The position numbers and the translations under genes are program-made. A stretch of DNA of 64,000 bases from Escherichia coli (GTDB lineage Bacteria; Pseudomonadota; Gammaproteobacteria; Enterobacterales; Enterobacteriaceae): assembly GCF_050320075.1 (NCBI RefSeq), contig NZ_CP190018.1, one strand, 5' to 3'. The notes beneath the pieces are model-generated. The model saw only the letters and a list, made by a program, of their open reading frames with translations, was not told the origin of the DNA and did no database searches. Shown here one piece after another: positions 41,193-51,638 of the stretch. The stretch's first letter is position 1; each line of letters starts with the position of its first letter.

Positions 41193-41544
41193 TCTTTCGC
41201 CAACCCGTAAATGAGAGGTGTGACCTGGGTCACGAATTACTCTTTTTTATTACTAAAATTACATGTAATGCATTGACTGATAATGAATATTTTAAAATGT
41301 CTATATCGGGCTTATTCAGAATGCTCCGGGTTTTCCCGTAGTAATTCCGTAGTTCTTCACAACTCTATCCACAGAAAAGGTGAATAAAAACGGCTATCCA
41401 CCCCTTCCTCTGTTTATAACTCTGCACATAACTGTGAGTTATTCAATTGTTATTAGTGTGTAATGCCCTGCAGAGAGTGGTTTACCGTCTTCCTGGAGTA
41501 TGAAACAATCATTCGTATATAAAGCTTTATTTTGAGGTAGTCCG

Positions 41545-42075
41545 GTGATTGATGACGATGGCTACCGCCCAAACGTAGGTATCGTGATTTGTAATCGCCA
41601 GGGGCAGGTAATGTGGGCCCGGCGATTTGGTCAGCACTCCTGGCAATTTCCGCAAGGCGGAATCAACCCCGGAGAATCCGCAGAGCAGGCGATGTACCGT
41701 GAATTGTTTGAAGAAGTAGGATTAAGCCGTAAAGACGTTCGAATCCTTGCTTCAACGCGTAACTGGTTGCGCTACAAATTACCGAAACGTTTGGTGCGTT
41801 GGGACACGAAGCCGGTTTGTATCGGCCAAAAACAAAAATGGTTTCTCTTGCAGCTGGTGAGCGGCGATGCAGAAATCAATATGCAAACCAGCAGTACACC
41901 AGAGTTTGACGGCTGGCGATGGGTAAGTTACTGGTATCCGGTCAGACAGGTGGTGTCATTTAAACGTGATGTCTACCGTAGGGTAATGAAAGAGTTCGCG
42001 AGTGTGGTGATGTCACTGCAGGAAAATACGCCAAAACCACAAAACGCATCTGCTTATCGACGTAAAAGAGGTTAA
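41545..42075 (+). CDS. rppH: RNA pyrophosphohydrolase (Nudix)
   Basis: 176 aa with the Nudix box [25 protein letters not shown] start. Confidence 0.95.
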
Positions 42076-42087
42076 GTCACGCCAATT

Positions 42088-44334
42088 ATGCTCACTCGCC
42101 TGCGCGAAATAGTCGAAAAGGTAGCCAGCGCACCACGCCTGAATGAGGCGTTAAATATTCTGGTTACCGACATCTGTCTTGCGATGGATACCGAGGTCTG
42201 TTCGGTTTACCTTGCCGATCATGATCGACGTTGTTACTACCTGATGGCGACCCGGGGGCTGAAAAAACCACGCGGTCGCACTGTAACGCTCGCGTTTGAT
42301 GAAGGGATCGTCGGCCTGGTTGGCAGGCTGGCGGAACCGATAAACCTTGCAGATGCGCAAAAGCACCCCAGCTTCAAATACATCCCCTCCGTAAAAGAAG
42401 AACGTTTCCGCGCGTTTTTAGGCGTACCAATTATTCAACGTCGCCAGTTGCTTGGTGTACTGGTGGTACAGCAACGAGAGTTGCGCCAGTATGACGAAAG
42501 TGAAGAATCCTTCCTGGTGACGCTTGCCACTCAGATGGCAGCTATTCTTTCTCAGTCGCAGTTGACTGCCTTGTTTGGACAATATCGCCAGACGCGAATC
42601 CGTGCATTACCGGCAGCGCCTGGTGTGGCGATTGCCGAAGGCTGGCAGGATGCCACGTTACCTTTAATGGAACAGGTGTATCAGGCATCAACGCTGGATC
42701 CGGCTCTGGAACGCGAACGACTGACCGGGGCGCTGGAAGAAGCGGCAAACGAGTTTCGCCGCTACAGCAAACGCTTTGCCGCCGGTGCACAAAAAGAAAC
42801 GGCGGCTATTTTCGATCTTTACTCGCACCTGCTTTCGGACACCCGGCTGCGGCGCGAATTGTTTGCCGAGGTTGATAAAGGCTCGGTGGCAGAGTGGGCG
42901 GTAAAAACGGTCATTGAAAAATTTGCCGAACAGTTTGCCGCGCTAAGCGATAACTATCTCAAAGAGCGGGCTGGCGATTTACGTGCGCTGGGGCAGCGAT
43001 TGCTGTTTCATCTTGATGACGCTAATCAAGGGCCGAACGCCTGGCCGGAACGTTTCATTCTGGTGGCAGATGAACTGTCAGCGACAACGCTTGCTGAGCT
43101 GCCCCAGGATCGCTTAGTCGGTGTTGTCGTACGCGATGGCGCAGCCAACTCCCATGCTGCGATCATGGTACGTGCGCTGGGGATCCCTACCGTGATGGGC
43201 GCGGATATTCAGCCTTCGGTGCTGCATCGTCGGACGCTGATTGTCGATGGTTATCGCGGTGAATTGCTGGTCGATCCGGAGCCGGTACTGCTGCAAGAAT
43301 ATCAGCGGCTAATTAGTGAAGAGATTGAGCTTAGCCGTCTGGCGGAAGATGACGTCAATTTACCCGCGCAGTTAAAAAGTGGCGAGCGTATAAAAGTCAT
43401 GCTCAATGCCGGTTTAAGCCCGGAACATGAAGAAAAACTGGGCAGCCGTATTGATGGCATAGGACTTTATCGCACTGAAATCCCATTCATGCTGCAAAGT
43501 GGTTTTCCGTCGGAAGAAGAACAGGTGGCGCAGTATCAGGGGATGCTGCAAATGTTCAATGATAAACCCGTCACCTTGCGTACGCTGGATGTCGGAGCAG
43601 ATAAGCAGCTGCCTTACATGCCGATCAGCGAAGAGAATCCATGCCTGGGTTGGCGTGGGATTCGCATTACGCTCGATCAGCCGGAGATCTTCTTGATCCA
43701 GGTGCGGGCGATGCTGCGTGCTAATGCCGCTACGGGCAACCTGAATATTCTGTTGCCGATGGTCACCAGCCTCGATGAAGTTGACGAAGCACGCCGCCTG
43801 ATTGAACGTGCCGGACGTGAAGTCGAGGAGATGATCGGTTACGAAATTCCCAAACCACGTATCGGCATCATGCTGGAAGTGCCGTCAATGGTATTTATGC
43901 TGCCGCATCTGGCAAAGCGGGTCGATTTCATCTCTGTTGGCACCAACGATCTGACTCAATACATCCTGGCCGTTGATCGCAACAATACCCGGGTGGCGAA
44001 CATTTATGACAGTCTTCATCCTGCAATGTTACGAGCTCTGGCGATGATCGCCCGGGAAGCGGAAATACATGGTATCGATCTCCGTTTGTGCAGTGAAATG
44101 GCGGGCGATCCCATGTGCGTGGCAATCCTCATTGGGCTTGGGTATCGCCATCTGTCTATGAACGGACGTTCTGTAGCGCGCGTAAAATACCTACTGCGGC
44201 GCATTGATTATGCCGAAGCAGAAAATCTTGCGCAGCGTAGTCTGGAAGCGCAACTGGCGACCGAAGTTCGCCATCAGGTTGCAGCCTTTATGGAGCGTCG
44301 CGGCATGGGCGGGTTGATTCGCGGAGGGTTATAG
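42088..44334 (+). CDS. ptsP: PTS-Ntr enzyme I (GAF-EI)
   Basis: 748 aa, recognised. Confidence 0.95.
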   Translation: MLTRLREIVEKVASAPRLNEALNILVTDICLAMDTEVCSVYLADHDRRCYYLMATRGLKKPRGRTVTLAFDEGIVGLVGRLAEPINLADAQKHPSFKYIPSVKEERFRAFLGVPIIQRRQLLGVLVVQQRELRQYDESEESFLVTLATQMAAILSQSQLTALFGQYRQTRIRALPAAPGVAIAEGWQDATLPLMEQVYQASTLDPALERERLTGALEEAANEFRRYSKRFAAGAQKETAAIFDLYSHLLSDTRLRRELFAEVDKGSVAEWAVKTVIEKFAEQFAALSDNYLKERAGDLRALGQRLLFHLDDANQGPNAWPERFILVADELSATTLAELPQDRLVGVVVRDGAANSHAAIMVRALGIPTVMGADIQPSVLHRRTLIVDGYRGELLVDPEPVLLQEYQRLISEEIELSRLAEDDVNLPAQLKSGERIKVMLNAGLSPEHEEKLGSRIDGIGLYRTEIPFMLQSGFPSEEEQVAQYQGMLQMFNDKPVTLRTLDVGADKQLPYMPISEENPCLGWRGIRITLDQPEIFLIQVRAMLRANAATGNLNILLPMVTSLDEVDEARRLIERAGREVEEMIGYEIPKPRIGIMLEVPSMVFMLPHLAKRVDFISVGTNDLTQYILAVDRNNTRVANIYDSLHPAMLRALAMIAREAEIHGIDLRLCSEMAGDPMCVAILIGLGYRHLSMNGRSVARVKYLLRRIDYAEAENLAQRSLEAQLATEVRHQVAAFMERRGMGGLIRGGL

Positions 44335-44484
44335 CGCGGATCATATACATATCTTTTAACGGTATCCGGCAACCAGCCAGGTCCCCTTGTGCTATTATTC
44401 GCACCTTTGGAGCGCCTGAAACCTGCGGCGCGCATTTCAATCGCTGTTCTCTTTCAGCGAAATAACAAGAACTTGTGGTGACAG

Positions 44485-45360
44485 ATGACCAGTAGCTATC
44501 TGCATTTTCCGGAGTTTGATCCGGTCATTTTCTCAATAGGACCCGTAGCGCTTCACTGGTACGGCCTGATGTATCTGGTGGGTTTCATTTTTGCAATGTG
44601 GCTGGCAACACGTCGGGCGAATCGTCCGGGCAGCGGCTGGACCAAAAATGAAGTTGAAAACTTACTCTATGCGGGCTTCCTCGGCGTCTTCCTCGGTGGA
44701 CGTATTGGTTATGTTCTGTTCTACAATTTCCCGCAGTTTATGGCCGATCCGCTGTATCTGTTCCGTGTCTGGGACGGCGGCATGTCTTTCCACGGTGGCC
44801 TGATTGGCGTTATCGTGGTGATGATTATCTTCGCCCGCCGTACTAAACGTTCCTTCTTCCAGGTCTCTGATTTTATCGCACCACTCATTCCGTTTGGTCT
44901 TGGCGCCGGGCGTCTGGGCAATTTTATTAACGGTGAATTGTGGGGCCGCGTTGACCCGAACTTCCCGTTTGCCATGCTGTTCCCTGGCTCCCGTACAGAA
45001 GATATTTTGCTGCTGCAAACCAACCCGCAGTGGCAATCCATTTTCGACACTTACGGTGTGCTGCCGCGCCACCCATCACAGCTTTACGAGCTGCTGCTGG
45101 AAGGTGTGGTGCTGTTTATTATCCTCAACCTGTATATTCGTAAACCGCGCCCAATGGGAGCAGTCTCAGGCTTGTTCCTGATTGGCTACGGCGCGTTTCG
45201 CATCATTGTTGAGTTTTTCCGCCAGCCCGACGCGCAGTTTACCGGTGCCTGGGTGCAGTACATCAGCATGGGGCAAATTCTTTCCATCCCGATGATTGTC
45301 GCGGGTGTGATCATGATGGTCTGGGCATATCGTCGCAGCCCACAGCAACACGTTTCCTGA
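44485..45360 (+). CDS. lgt: Prolipoprotein diacylglyceryl transferase
   Basis: 291 aa, recognised. Confidence 0.95.
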
Positions 45361-45366
45361 GGAACC

Positions 45367-46161
45367 ATGAAACAGTATTTAGAACTGATGCAAAAAGTGC
45401 TCGACGAAGGCACACAGAAAAACGACCGTACCGGAACCGGAACGCTTTCCATTTTTGGTCATCAGATGCGTTTTAACCTGCAGGATGGATTCCCGCTGGT
45501 GACAACTAAACGTTGCCACCTGCGTTCCATCATCCATGAACTGCTGTGGTTTCTGCAGGGCGACACTAACATTGCTTATCTACACGAAAACAATGTCACC
45601 ATCTGGGACGAATGGGCCGATGAAAACGGCGACCTCGGGCCAGTGTATGGTAAACAGTGGCGCGCCTGGCCAACGCCAGATGGTCGTCATATTGACCAGA
45701 TCACTACGGTACTGAACCAGCTGAAAAACGACCCGGATTCGCGCCGCATTATTGTTTCAGCGTGGAACGTAGGCGAACTGGATAAAATGGCGCTGGCACC
45801 GTGCCATGCATTCTTCCAGTTCTATGTGGCAGACGGCAAACTCTCTTGCCAGCTTTATCAGCGCTCCTGTGACGTCTTCCTCGGCCTGCCGTTCAACATT
45901 GCCAGCTACGCGTTACTGGTGCATATGATGGCGCAGCAGTGCGATCTGGAAGTGGGTGATTTTGTCTGGACCGGTGGCGACACGCACCTGTACAGCAATC
46001 ATATGGATCAAACTCATCTGCAATTAAGCCGCGAACCGCGTCCGCTGCCGAAGTTGATTATCAAACGTAAACCCGAATCCATCTTCGACTACCGTTTCGA
46101 AGACTTTGAGATTGAAGGATACGATCCACATCCGGGCATTAAAGCGCCGGTGGCTATCTAA
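45367..46161 (+). CDS. thyA: Thymidylate synthase
   Basis: 264 aa, recognised, including the catalytic PCH motif ([12 protein letters not shown]). Confidence 0.97.
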
Positions 46162-46182
46162 TTACGAAACATCCTGCCAGAG

Positions 46183-46210
46183 CCGACGCCAGTGTGCGTC
46201 GGTTTTTTTT
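46183..46210 (+). terminator. thyA intrinsic terminator
   Basis: CCGACGC-cagtgt-GCGTCGG followed by T8. Confidence 0.8.
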
Positions 46211-46345
46211 ACCCTCCGTTAAATTCTTCGAGACGCCTTCCCGAAATTTTGCAACCTCCTGCAACGGCGTAAATAGTCCGGAAGATGCGCCGAAGAAATA
46301 GAAACTGGCCCTCGTCTTTTTTTCTCCTCGCTCCATACTGCCGGC

Positions 46346-46816
46346 ATGAAAACACAACGTGGTTATACGCTGATTGAAACGCTGGTCGCGATGCTGATTC
46401 TGGTCATGCTAAGCGCAAGTGGACTCTATGGCTGGCAATACTGGCAGCAGTCGCAACGGCTATGGCAAACCGCCAGCCAGGCGCGGGACTATTTGCTCTA
46501 TTTACGTGAAGATGCCAACTGGCATAACCGCGACCACAGTATCAGTGTTATCAGGGAGGGGACGTTATGGTGCCTTGTGAGTTCCGCTGCTGGGGCCAAT
46601 ACCTGCCATGGCAGTTCACCATTGGTCTTTGTGCCACGCTGGCCCGAAGTCGAAATGAGCGACCTGACACCTTCGCTTGCTTTCTTTGGCCTACGCAATA
46701 CCGCATGGGCCGGGCATATTCGCTTCAAAAACTCAACGGGCGAGTGGTGGCTGGTGGTTTCGCCGTGGGGAAGACTCCGGCTTTGTCAGCAAGGAGAAAC
46801 AGAAGGATGCCTGTAA
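46346..46816 (+). CDS. ppdA: Prepilin-type N-terminal-cleavage protein
   Basis: 156 aa with the [12 protein letters not shown] class III signal. Confidence 0.9.
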
Positions 46817-47370
46817 AAGAGCTAGGTTTTTCTCTGCTGGAAGTGTTGATTGCTATGGCGATCAGTAGCGTATTGTTGCTGGGGGCAGCACGCTTTCTGC
46901 CTGCGTTACAGCGTGAAAGTTTAACGAGCACCCGTAAGCTGGCGCTGGAAGATGAAATCTGGCTGCGGGTATTTACCGTTGCGAAGCATCTCCAGAGGGC
47001 GGGTTATTGTCATGGCAGCTGTACCGGCGAAGGGCTGGAAATTGTCGGACAGGGTGACTGTGTCATTGTGCAGTGGGATGCGAACAGTAACGGTATCTGG
47101 GATCGCGAACCGGTAAAAGAGTCCGACCAGATTGGATTTCGTCTGAAGGAGCATGTGCTGGAAACGCTACGCGGTGCGACATCCTGTGAAGGTAAGGGCT
47201 GGGATAAAGTCACTAATCCGGATGCCATCATTATCGACACTTTTCAGGTCGTACGTCAGGATGTCAGCGGCTTCTCGCCGGTGTTGACGGTTAATATGCG
47301 TGCTGCCAGTAAGTCTGAACCGCAAACCGTGGTGGATGCCAGCTATAGCGTGACAGGATTCAACCTGTGA
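46807..47370 (+). CDS. ppdB: Prepilin-type protein
   Basis: 187 aa from [17 protein letters not shown]. The track ORF extends upstream. Confidence 0.9.
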
Positions 47371-47774
47371 ACCGCGAAAAGGGTGTTTCGTCACTGGCTC
47401 TGGTCCTGATGCTGCTGGTTTTGGGTAGCTTGCTATTACAAGGAATGAGTCAGCAGGATCGCAGTTTTGCCTCTCGCGTGAGCATGGAAAGTCAGTCATT
47501 GCGCCGCCAGGCCATTGTTCAGTCGGCGCTGGAGTGGGGAAAAATGCACTCCTGGCAGACGCAGCCCGCAGTTCAGTGCTTACTGTACGCTGCCACCGGT
47601 GCCCGGGTTTGTCTGCGTTTATTGGCAGATAATGAGGCCTTATTGATTGCCGGTTATGAAGGCGTTTCGTTGTGGCGAACAGGCGAAGTCATCGATGGAA
47701 ACATTGTTTTTTCGCCACGCGGCTGGAGCGATTTTTGTCCGCTGAAAGAGAGGGCGTTATGTCAGCTTCCTTGA
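47367..47774 (+). CDS. ygdB: Pseudopilin-like protein
   Basis: 135 aa. Overlaps the ppdB stop. Confidence 0.85.
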   Translation: MNREKGVSSLALVLMLLVLGSLLLQGMSQQDRSFASRVSMESQSLRRQAIVQSALEWGKMHSWQTQPAVQCLLYAATGARVCLRLLADNEALLIAGYEGVSLWRTGEVIDGNIVFSPRGWSDFCPLKERALCQLP

Positions 47775-48082
47775 AGAATCAACAAGGCTTTAGCCTCCCG
47801 GAGGTGATGTTGGCAATGGTGCTGATGGTGATGATTGTCACTGCGTTATCGGGTTTCCAGCGAACATTAATGAACAGTCTTGCCAGTAGAAACCAGTACC
47901 AACAGCTCTGGCGGCATGGCTGGCAGCAAACGCAACTGCGTGCGATTTCGCCACCTGCCCACTGGCAGGTCAACCGAATGCAGACATCGCAAGCGGGATG
48001 TGTCAGCATCAGCGTTACGCTAGTTTCACCCGGGGGCAGAGAAGGCGAGATGACCCGCCTGCATTGCCCGAATCGTCAGTAG
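47759..48082 (+). CDS. ppdC: Prepilin-type protein
   Basis: 107 aa from [20 protein letters not shown]. Confidence 0.85.
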   Translation: MSASLKNQQGFSLPEVMLAMVLMVMIVTALSGFQRTLMNSLASRNQYQQLWRHGWQQTQLRAISPPAHWQVNRMQTSQAGCVSISVTLVSPGGREGEMTRLHCPNRQ

Positions 48083-48094
48083 TCAGGAGCCGCT

Positions 48095-51000
48095 ATGTTA
48101 AGGGTCTACCATTCCAATCGTCTGGACGTGCTGGAAGCGTTGATGGAGTTTATTGTCGAACGCGAACGGCTGGACGATCCTTTCGAACCAGAGATGATTC
48201 TGGTGCAAAGTACCGGTATGGCGCAGTGGCTGCAAATGACCCTGTCGCAAAAGTTTGGTATTGCGGCAAATATTGATTTTCCGCTGCCAGCGAGCTTTAT
48301 ATGGGATATGTTCGTCCGGGTGTTACCGGAGATCCCCAAAGAGAGTGCCTTTAACAAACAGAGCATGAGCTGGAAACTGATGACTCTGCTGCCGCAACTG
48401 TTGGAGCGCGAAGACTTTACCCTGTTGCGGCATTATCTGACTGACGATAGCGACAAGCGAAAACTGTTCCAGCTTTCTTCAAAAGCGGCGGACCTGTTTG
48501 ACCAGTATCTGGTCTATCGTCCGGACTGGCTGGCACAGTGGGAAACAGGACATTTGGTTGAAGGGCTGGGAGAAGCACAGGCTTGGCAAGCGCCGTTGTG
48601 GAAGGCGTTGGTGGAATATACCCATCAACTCGGGCAACCGCGCTGGCACCGCGCCAATCTCTATCAGCGCTTTATCGAAACGCTGGAGTCCGCGACGACC
48701 TGCCCCCCGGGGCTACCTTCGCGCGTCTTTATATGCGGTATTTCCGCGTTACCGCCTGTTTATCTCCAGGCGCTACAGGCGCTGGGTAAACATATTGAAA
48801 TCCATCTCCTGTTTACCAACCCCTGCCGTTATTACTGGGGCGACATTAAAGATCCTGCTTATCTGGCGAAACTGCTGACTCGTCAGCGTCGACACAGTTT
48901 TGAAGATCGCGAATTACCGCTATTTCGCGACAGCGAAAATGCCGGGCAGCTCTTTAACAGCGATGGTGAACAGGATGTCGGCAACCCGCTGCTGGCCTCA
49001 TGGGGCAAGCTTGGGCGCGACTACATTTATCTCCTTTCTGATCTGGAGGGCAGCCAGGAGCTGGACGCCTTTGTCGATGTCACGCCAGATAACCTGCTGC
49101 ATAACATTCAGTCTGACATTCTGGAACTTGAAAACTGCGCTGTTGCGGGTGTGAATATCGAAGAGTTTTCCCGTAGCGATAACAAACGCCTGCTTGATCC
49201 ACTGGATAACAGTATCACCTTCCACGTTTGCCATAGCCCGCAGCGTGAAGTTGAAGTTTTACACGATCGCCTGCTGGCAATGCTGGAGGAAGACCCGACA
49301 TTGACTCCGCGCGACATCATCGTGATGGTGGCCGACATCGACAGCTACAGTCCGTTTATTCAGGCAGTGTTTGGTAGCGCACCTGCGGATCGTTACCTAC
49401 CTTACGCCATTTCCGACCGTCGGGCGCGGCAGTCGCATCCTGTACTTGAAGCGTTTATCAGCCTGTTATCGTTGCCAGACAGCCGCTTTGTGTCGGAGGA
49501 CGTTCTGGCATTACTGGATGTGCCGGTGCTGGCGGCGCGGTTTGACATCACCGAAGAAGGGCTGCGTTATTTACGCCAGTGGGTCAACGAATCCGGCATT
49601 CGTTGGGGGATAGATGACGACAACGTTCGCGAGCTGGAACTCCCCGCTACCGGTCAACACACCTGGCGGTTTGGCCTGACGCGCATGTTGCTGGGCTACG
49701 CGATGGAGAGTGCGCAGGGCGAGTGGCAATCGGTTCTACCTTATGATGAATCGAGCGGCTTAATTGCAGAACTGGTGGGGCATCTGGCTTCACTGCTAAT
49801 GCAGCTAAACATCTGGCGTCGCGGGCTGGCGCAGGAGCGTCCGCTGGAAGAGTGGTTGCCGGTTTGTCGCGATATGCTCAACGCCTTCTTCCTGCCGGAT
49901 GCGGAAACCGAAGCGGCGATGACGCTGATCGAACAACAATGGCAGGCGATTATCGCCGAAGGTTTAGGTGCGCAGTATGGCGACGCGGTGCCGCTGTCAC
50001 TATTGCGTGATGAACTGGCACAGCGCCTGGATCAGGAACGTATCAGCCAGCGTTTTCTCGCCGGGCCGGTTAACATTTGTACTCTGATGCCAATGCGTTC
50101 CATCCCATTCAAAGTGGTTTGCCTGCTGGGAATGAACGACGGCGTTTATCCACGCCAGCTTGCGCCATTGGGCTTTGACCTGATGAGCCAGAAACCGAAG
50201 CGTGGCGACCGTAGTCGTCGCGATGACGACCGCTATCTGTTCCTGGAAGCGTTAATTTCCGCGCAGCAAAAACTCTATATCAGCTATATCGGGCGTTCTA
50301 TTAAGGATAACAGTGAACGTTTCCCGTCGGTACTGGTGCAGGAACTGATCGACTACATCGGGCAAAGCCATTATCTACCGGGCGATGAAGCGCTCAACTG
50401 TGATGAAAGCGAGGCAAGGGTAAAAGCGCATCTTACTTGCCTCCATACCCGGATGCCGTTTGATCCGCAAAACTACCAGCCAGGCGAACGACAAAGCTAT
50501 GCTCGTGAATGGCTACCTGCGGCCAGCCAGGCTGGTAAAGCACATTCTGAATTTGTTCAGCCGCTGCCGTTTACCTTACCGGAAACCGTGCCGCTGGAAA
50601 CGCTACAACGATTCTGGGCACATCCGGTACGGGCGTTCTTCCAGATGCGTTTGCAGGTGAACTTCCGTACTGAAGACAGCGAAATCCCCGACACCGAGCC
50701 ATTTATTCTGGAAGGGCTTAGCCGTTATCAAATCAATCAGCAGTTATTGAATGCACTGGTTGAGCAGGATGATGCCGAACGCTTGTTCCGCCGCTTCCGG
50801 GCGGCAGGGGATTTACCGTATGGCGCTTTTGGTGAAATTTTCTGGGAAACACAGTGCCAGGAGATGCAGCAGCTTGCCGACAGAGTTATTGCCTGTCGCC
50901 AGCCGGGGCAGAGTATGGAAATTGATCTCGCCTGCAACGGTGTGCAGATAACTGGCTGGTTGCCGCAGGTGCAGCCGGATGGCCTGTTGCGCTGGCGTCC

Positions 51001-51463
51001 CTCTTTATTAAGTGTGGCGCAGGGAATGCAACTTTGGCTGGAACACCTTGTCTACTGTGCCAGCGGTGGTAATGGTGAAAGTCGCCTTTTTCTACGCAAA
51101 GACGGCGAGTGGCGTTTTCCGCCGCTTGCAGCCGAACAGGCTTTGCATTACCTCTCACAACTGATTGAGGGGTATCGTGAAGGAATGTCCGCGCCATTGC
51201 TGGTGTTACCTGAAAGTGGCGGCGCGTGGCTAAAAACCTGTTATGACGCGCAAAACGATGCCATGCTGGATGACGATTCCACGTTACAAAAAGCCCGTAC
51301 GAAATTCCTTCAGGCTTACGAAGGCAACATGATGGTGCGTGGCGAAGGTGATGATATCTGGTATCAACGGCTCTGGCGGCAATTAACACCAGAGACAATG
51401 GAGGCCATCGTTGAACAGTCGCAACGTTTCCTGTTACCGCTGTTTCGCTTTAATCAGTCATGA
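48095..51463 (+). CDS. recC: Exodeoxyribonuclease V gamma subunit
   Basis: 1122 aa, recognised. Confidence 0.97.
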   Translation: MLRVYHSNRLDVLEALMEFIVERERLDDPFEPEMILVQSTGMAQWLQMTLSQKFGIAANIDFPLPASFIWDMFVRVLPEIPKESAFNKQSMSWKLMTLLPQLLEREDFTLLRHYLTDDSDKRKLFQLSSKAADLFDQYLVYRPDWLAQWETGHLVEGLGEAQAWQAPLWKALVEYTHQLGQPRWHRANLYQRFIETLESATTCPPGLPSRVFICGISALPPVYLQALQALGKHIEIHLLFTNPCRYYWGDIKDPAYLAKLLTRQRRHSFEDRELPLFRDSENAGQLFNSDGEQDVGNPLLASWGKLGRDYIYLLSDLEGSQELDAFVDVTPDNLLHNIQSDILELENCAVAGVNIEEFSRSDNKRLLDPLDNSITFHVCHSPQREVEVLHDRLLAMLEEDPTLTPRDIIVMVADIDSYSPFIQAVFGSAPADRYLPYAISDRRARQSHPVLEAFISLLSLPDSRFVSEDVLALLDVPVLAARFDITEEGLRYLRQWVNESGIRWGIDDDNVRELELPATGQHTWRFGLTRMLLGYAMESAQGEWQSVLPYDESSGLIAELVGHLASLLMQLNIWRRGLAQERPLEEWLPVCRDMLNAFFLPDAETEAAMTLIEQQWQAIIAEGLGAQYGDAVPLSLLRDELAQRLDQERISQRFLAGPVNICTLMPMRSIPFKVVCLLGMNDGVYPRQLAPLGFDLMSQKPKRGDRSRRDDDRYLFLEALISAQQKLYISYIGRSIKDNSERFPSVLVQELIDYIGQSHYLPGDEALNCDESEARVKAHLTCLHTRMPFDPQNYQPGERQSYAREWLPAASQAGKAHSEFVQPLPFTLPETVPLETLQRFWAHPVRAFFQMRLQVNFRTEDSEIPDTEPFILEGLSRYQINQQLLNALVEQDDAERLFRRFRAAGDLPYGAFGEIFWETQCQEMQQLADRVIACRQPGQSMEIDLACNGVQITGWLPQVQPDGLLRWRPSLLSVAQGMQLWLEHLVYCASGGNGESRLFLRKDGEWRFPPLAAEQALHYLSQLIEGYREGMSAPLLVLPESGGAWLKTCYDAQNDAMLDDDSTLQKARTKFLQAYEGNMMVRGEGDDIWYQRLWRQLTPETMEAIVEQSQRFLLPLFRFNQS

Positions 51464-51638
51464 GTGCTGTATAAAAATTGCGCAATATATCTGCTTGCTT
51501 TATGATGCGCACCAGTCACGGACTGATGGATATATAGACATAGGCTGACTCGTGCAGCACAAGATTAAATTCTGGCAGATGATTTGCGTTAACCTGTTGA
51601 ATCTGGCCAGAAAATAAAGTTGATTATGAGGTCCGTGA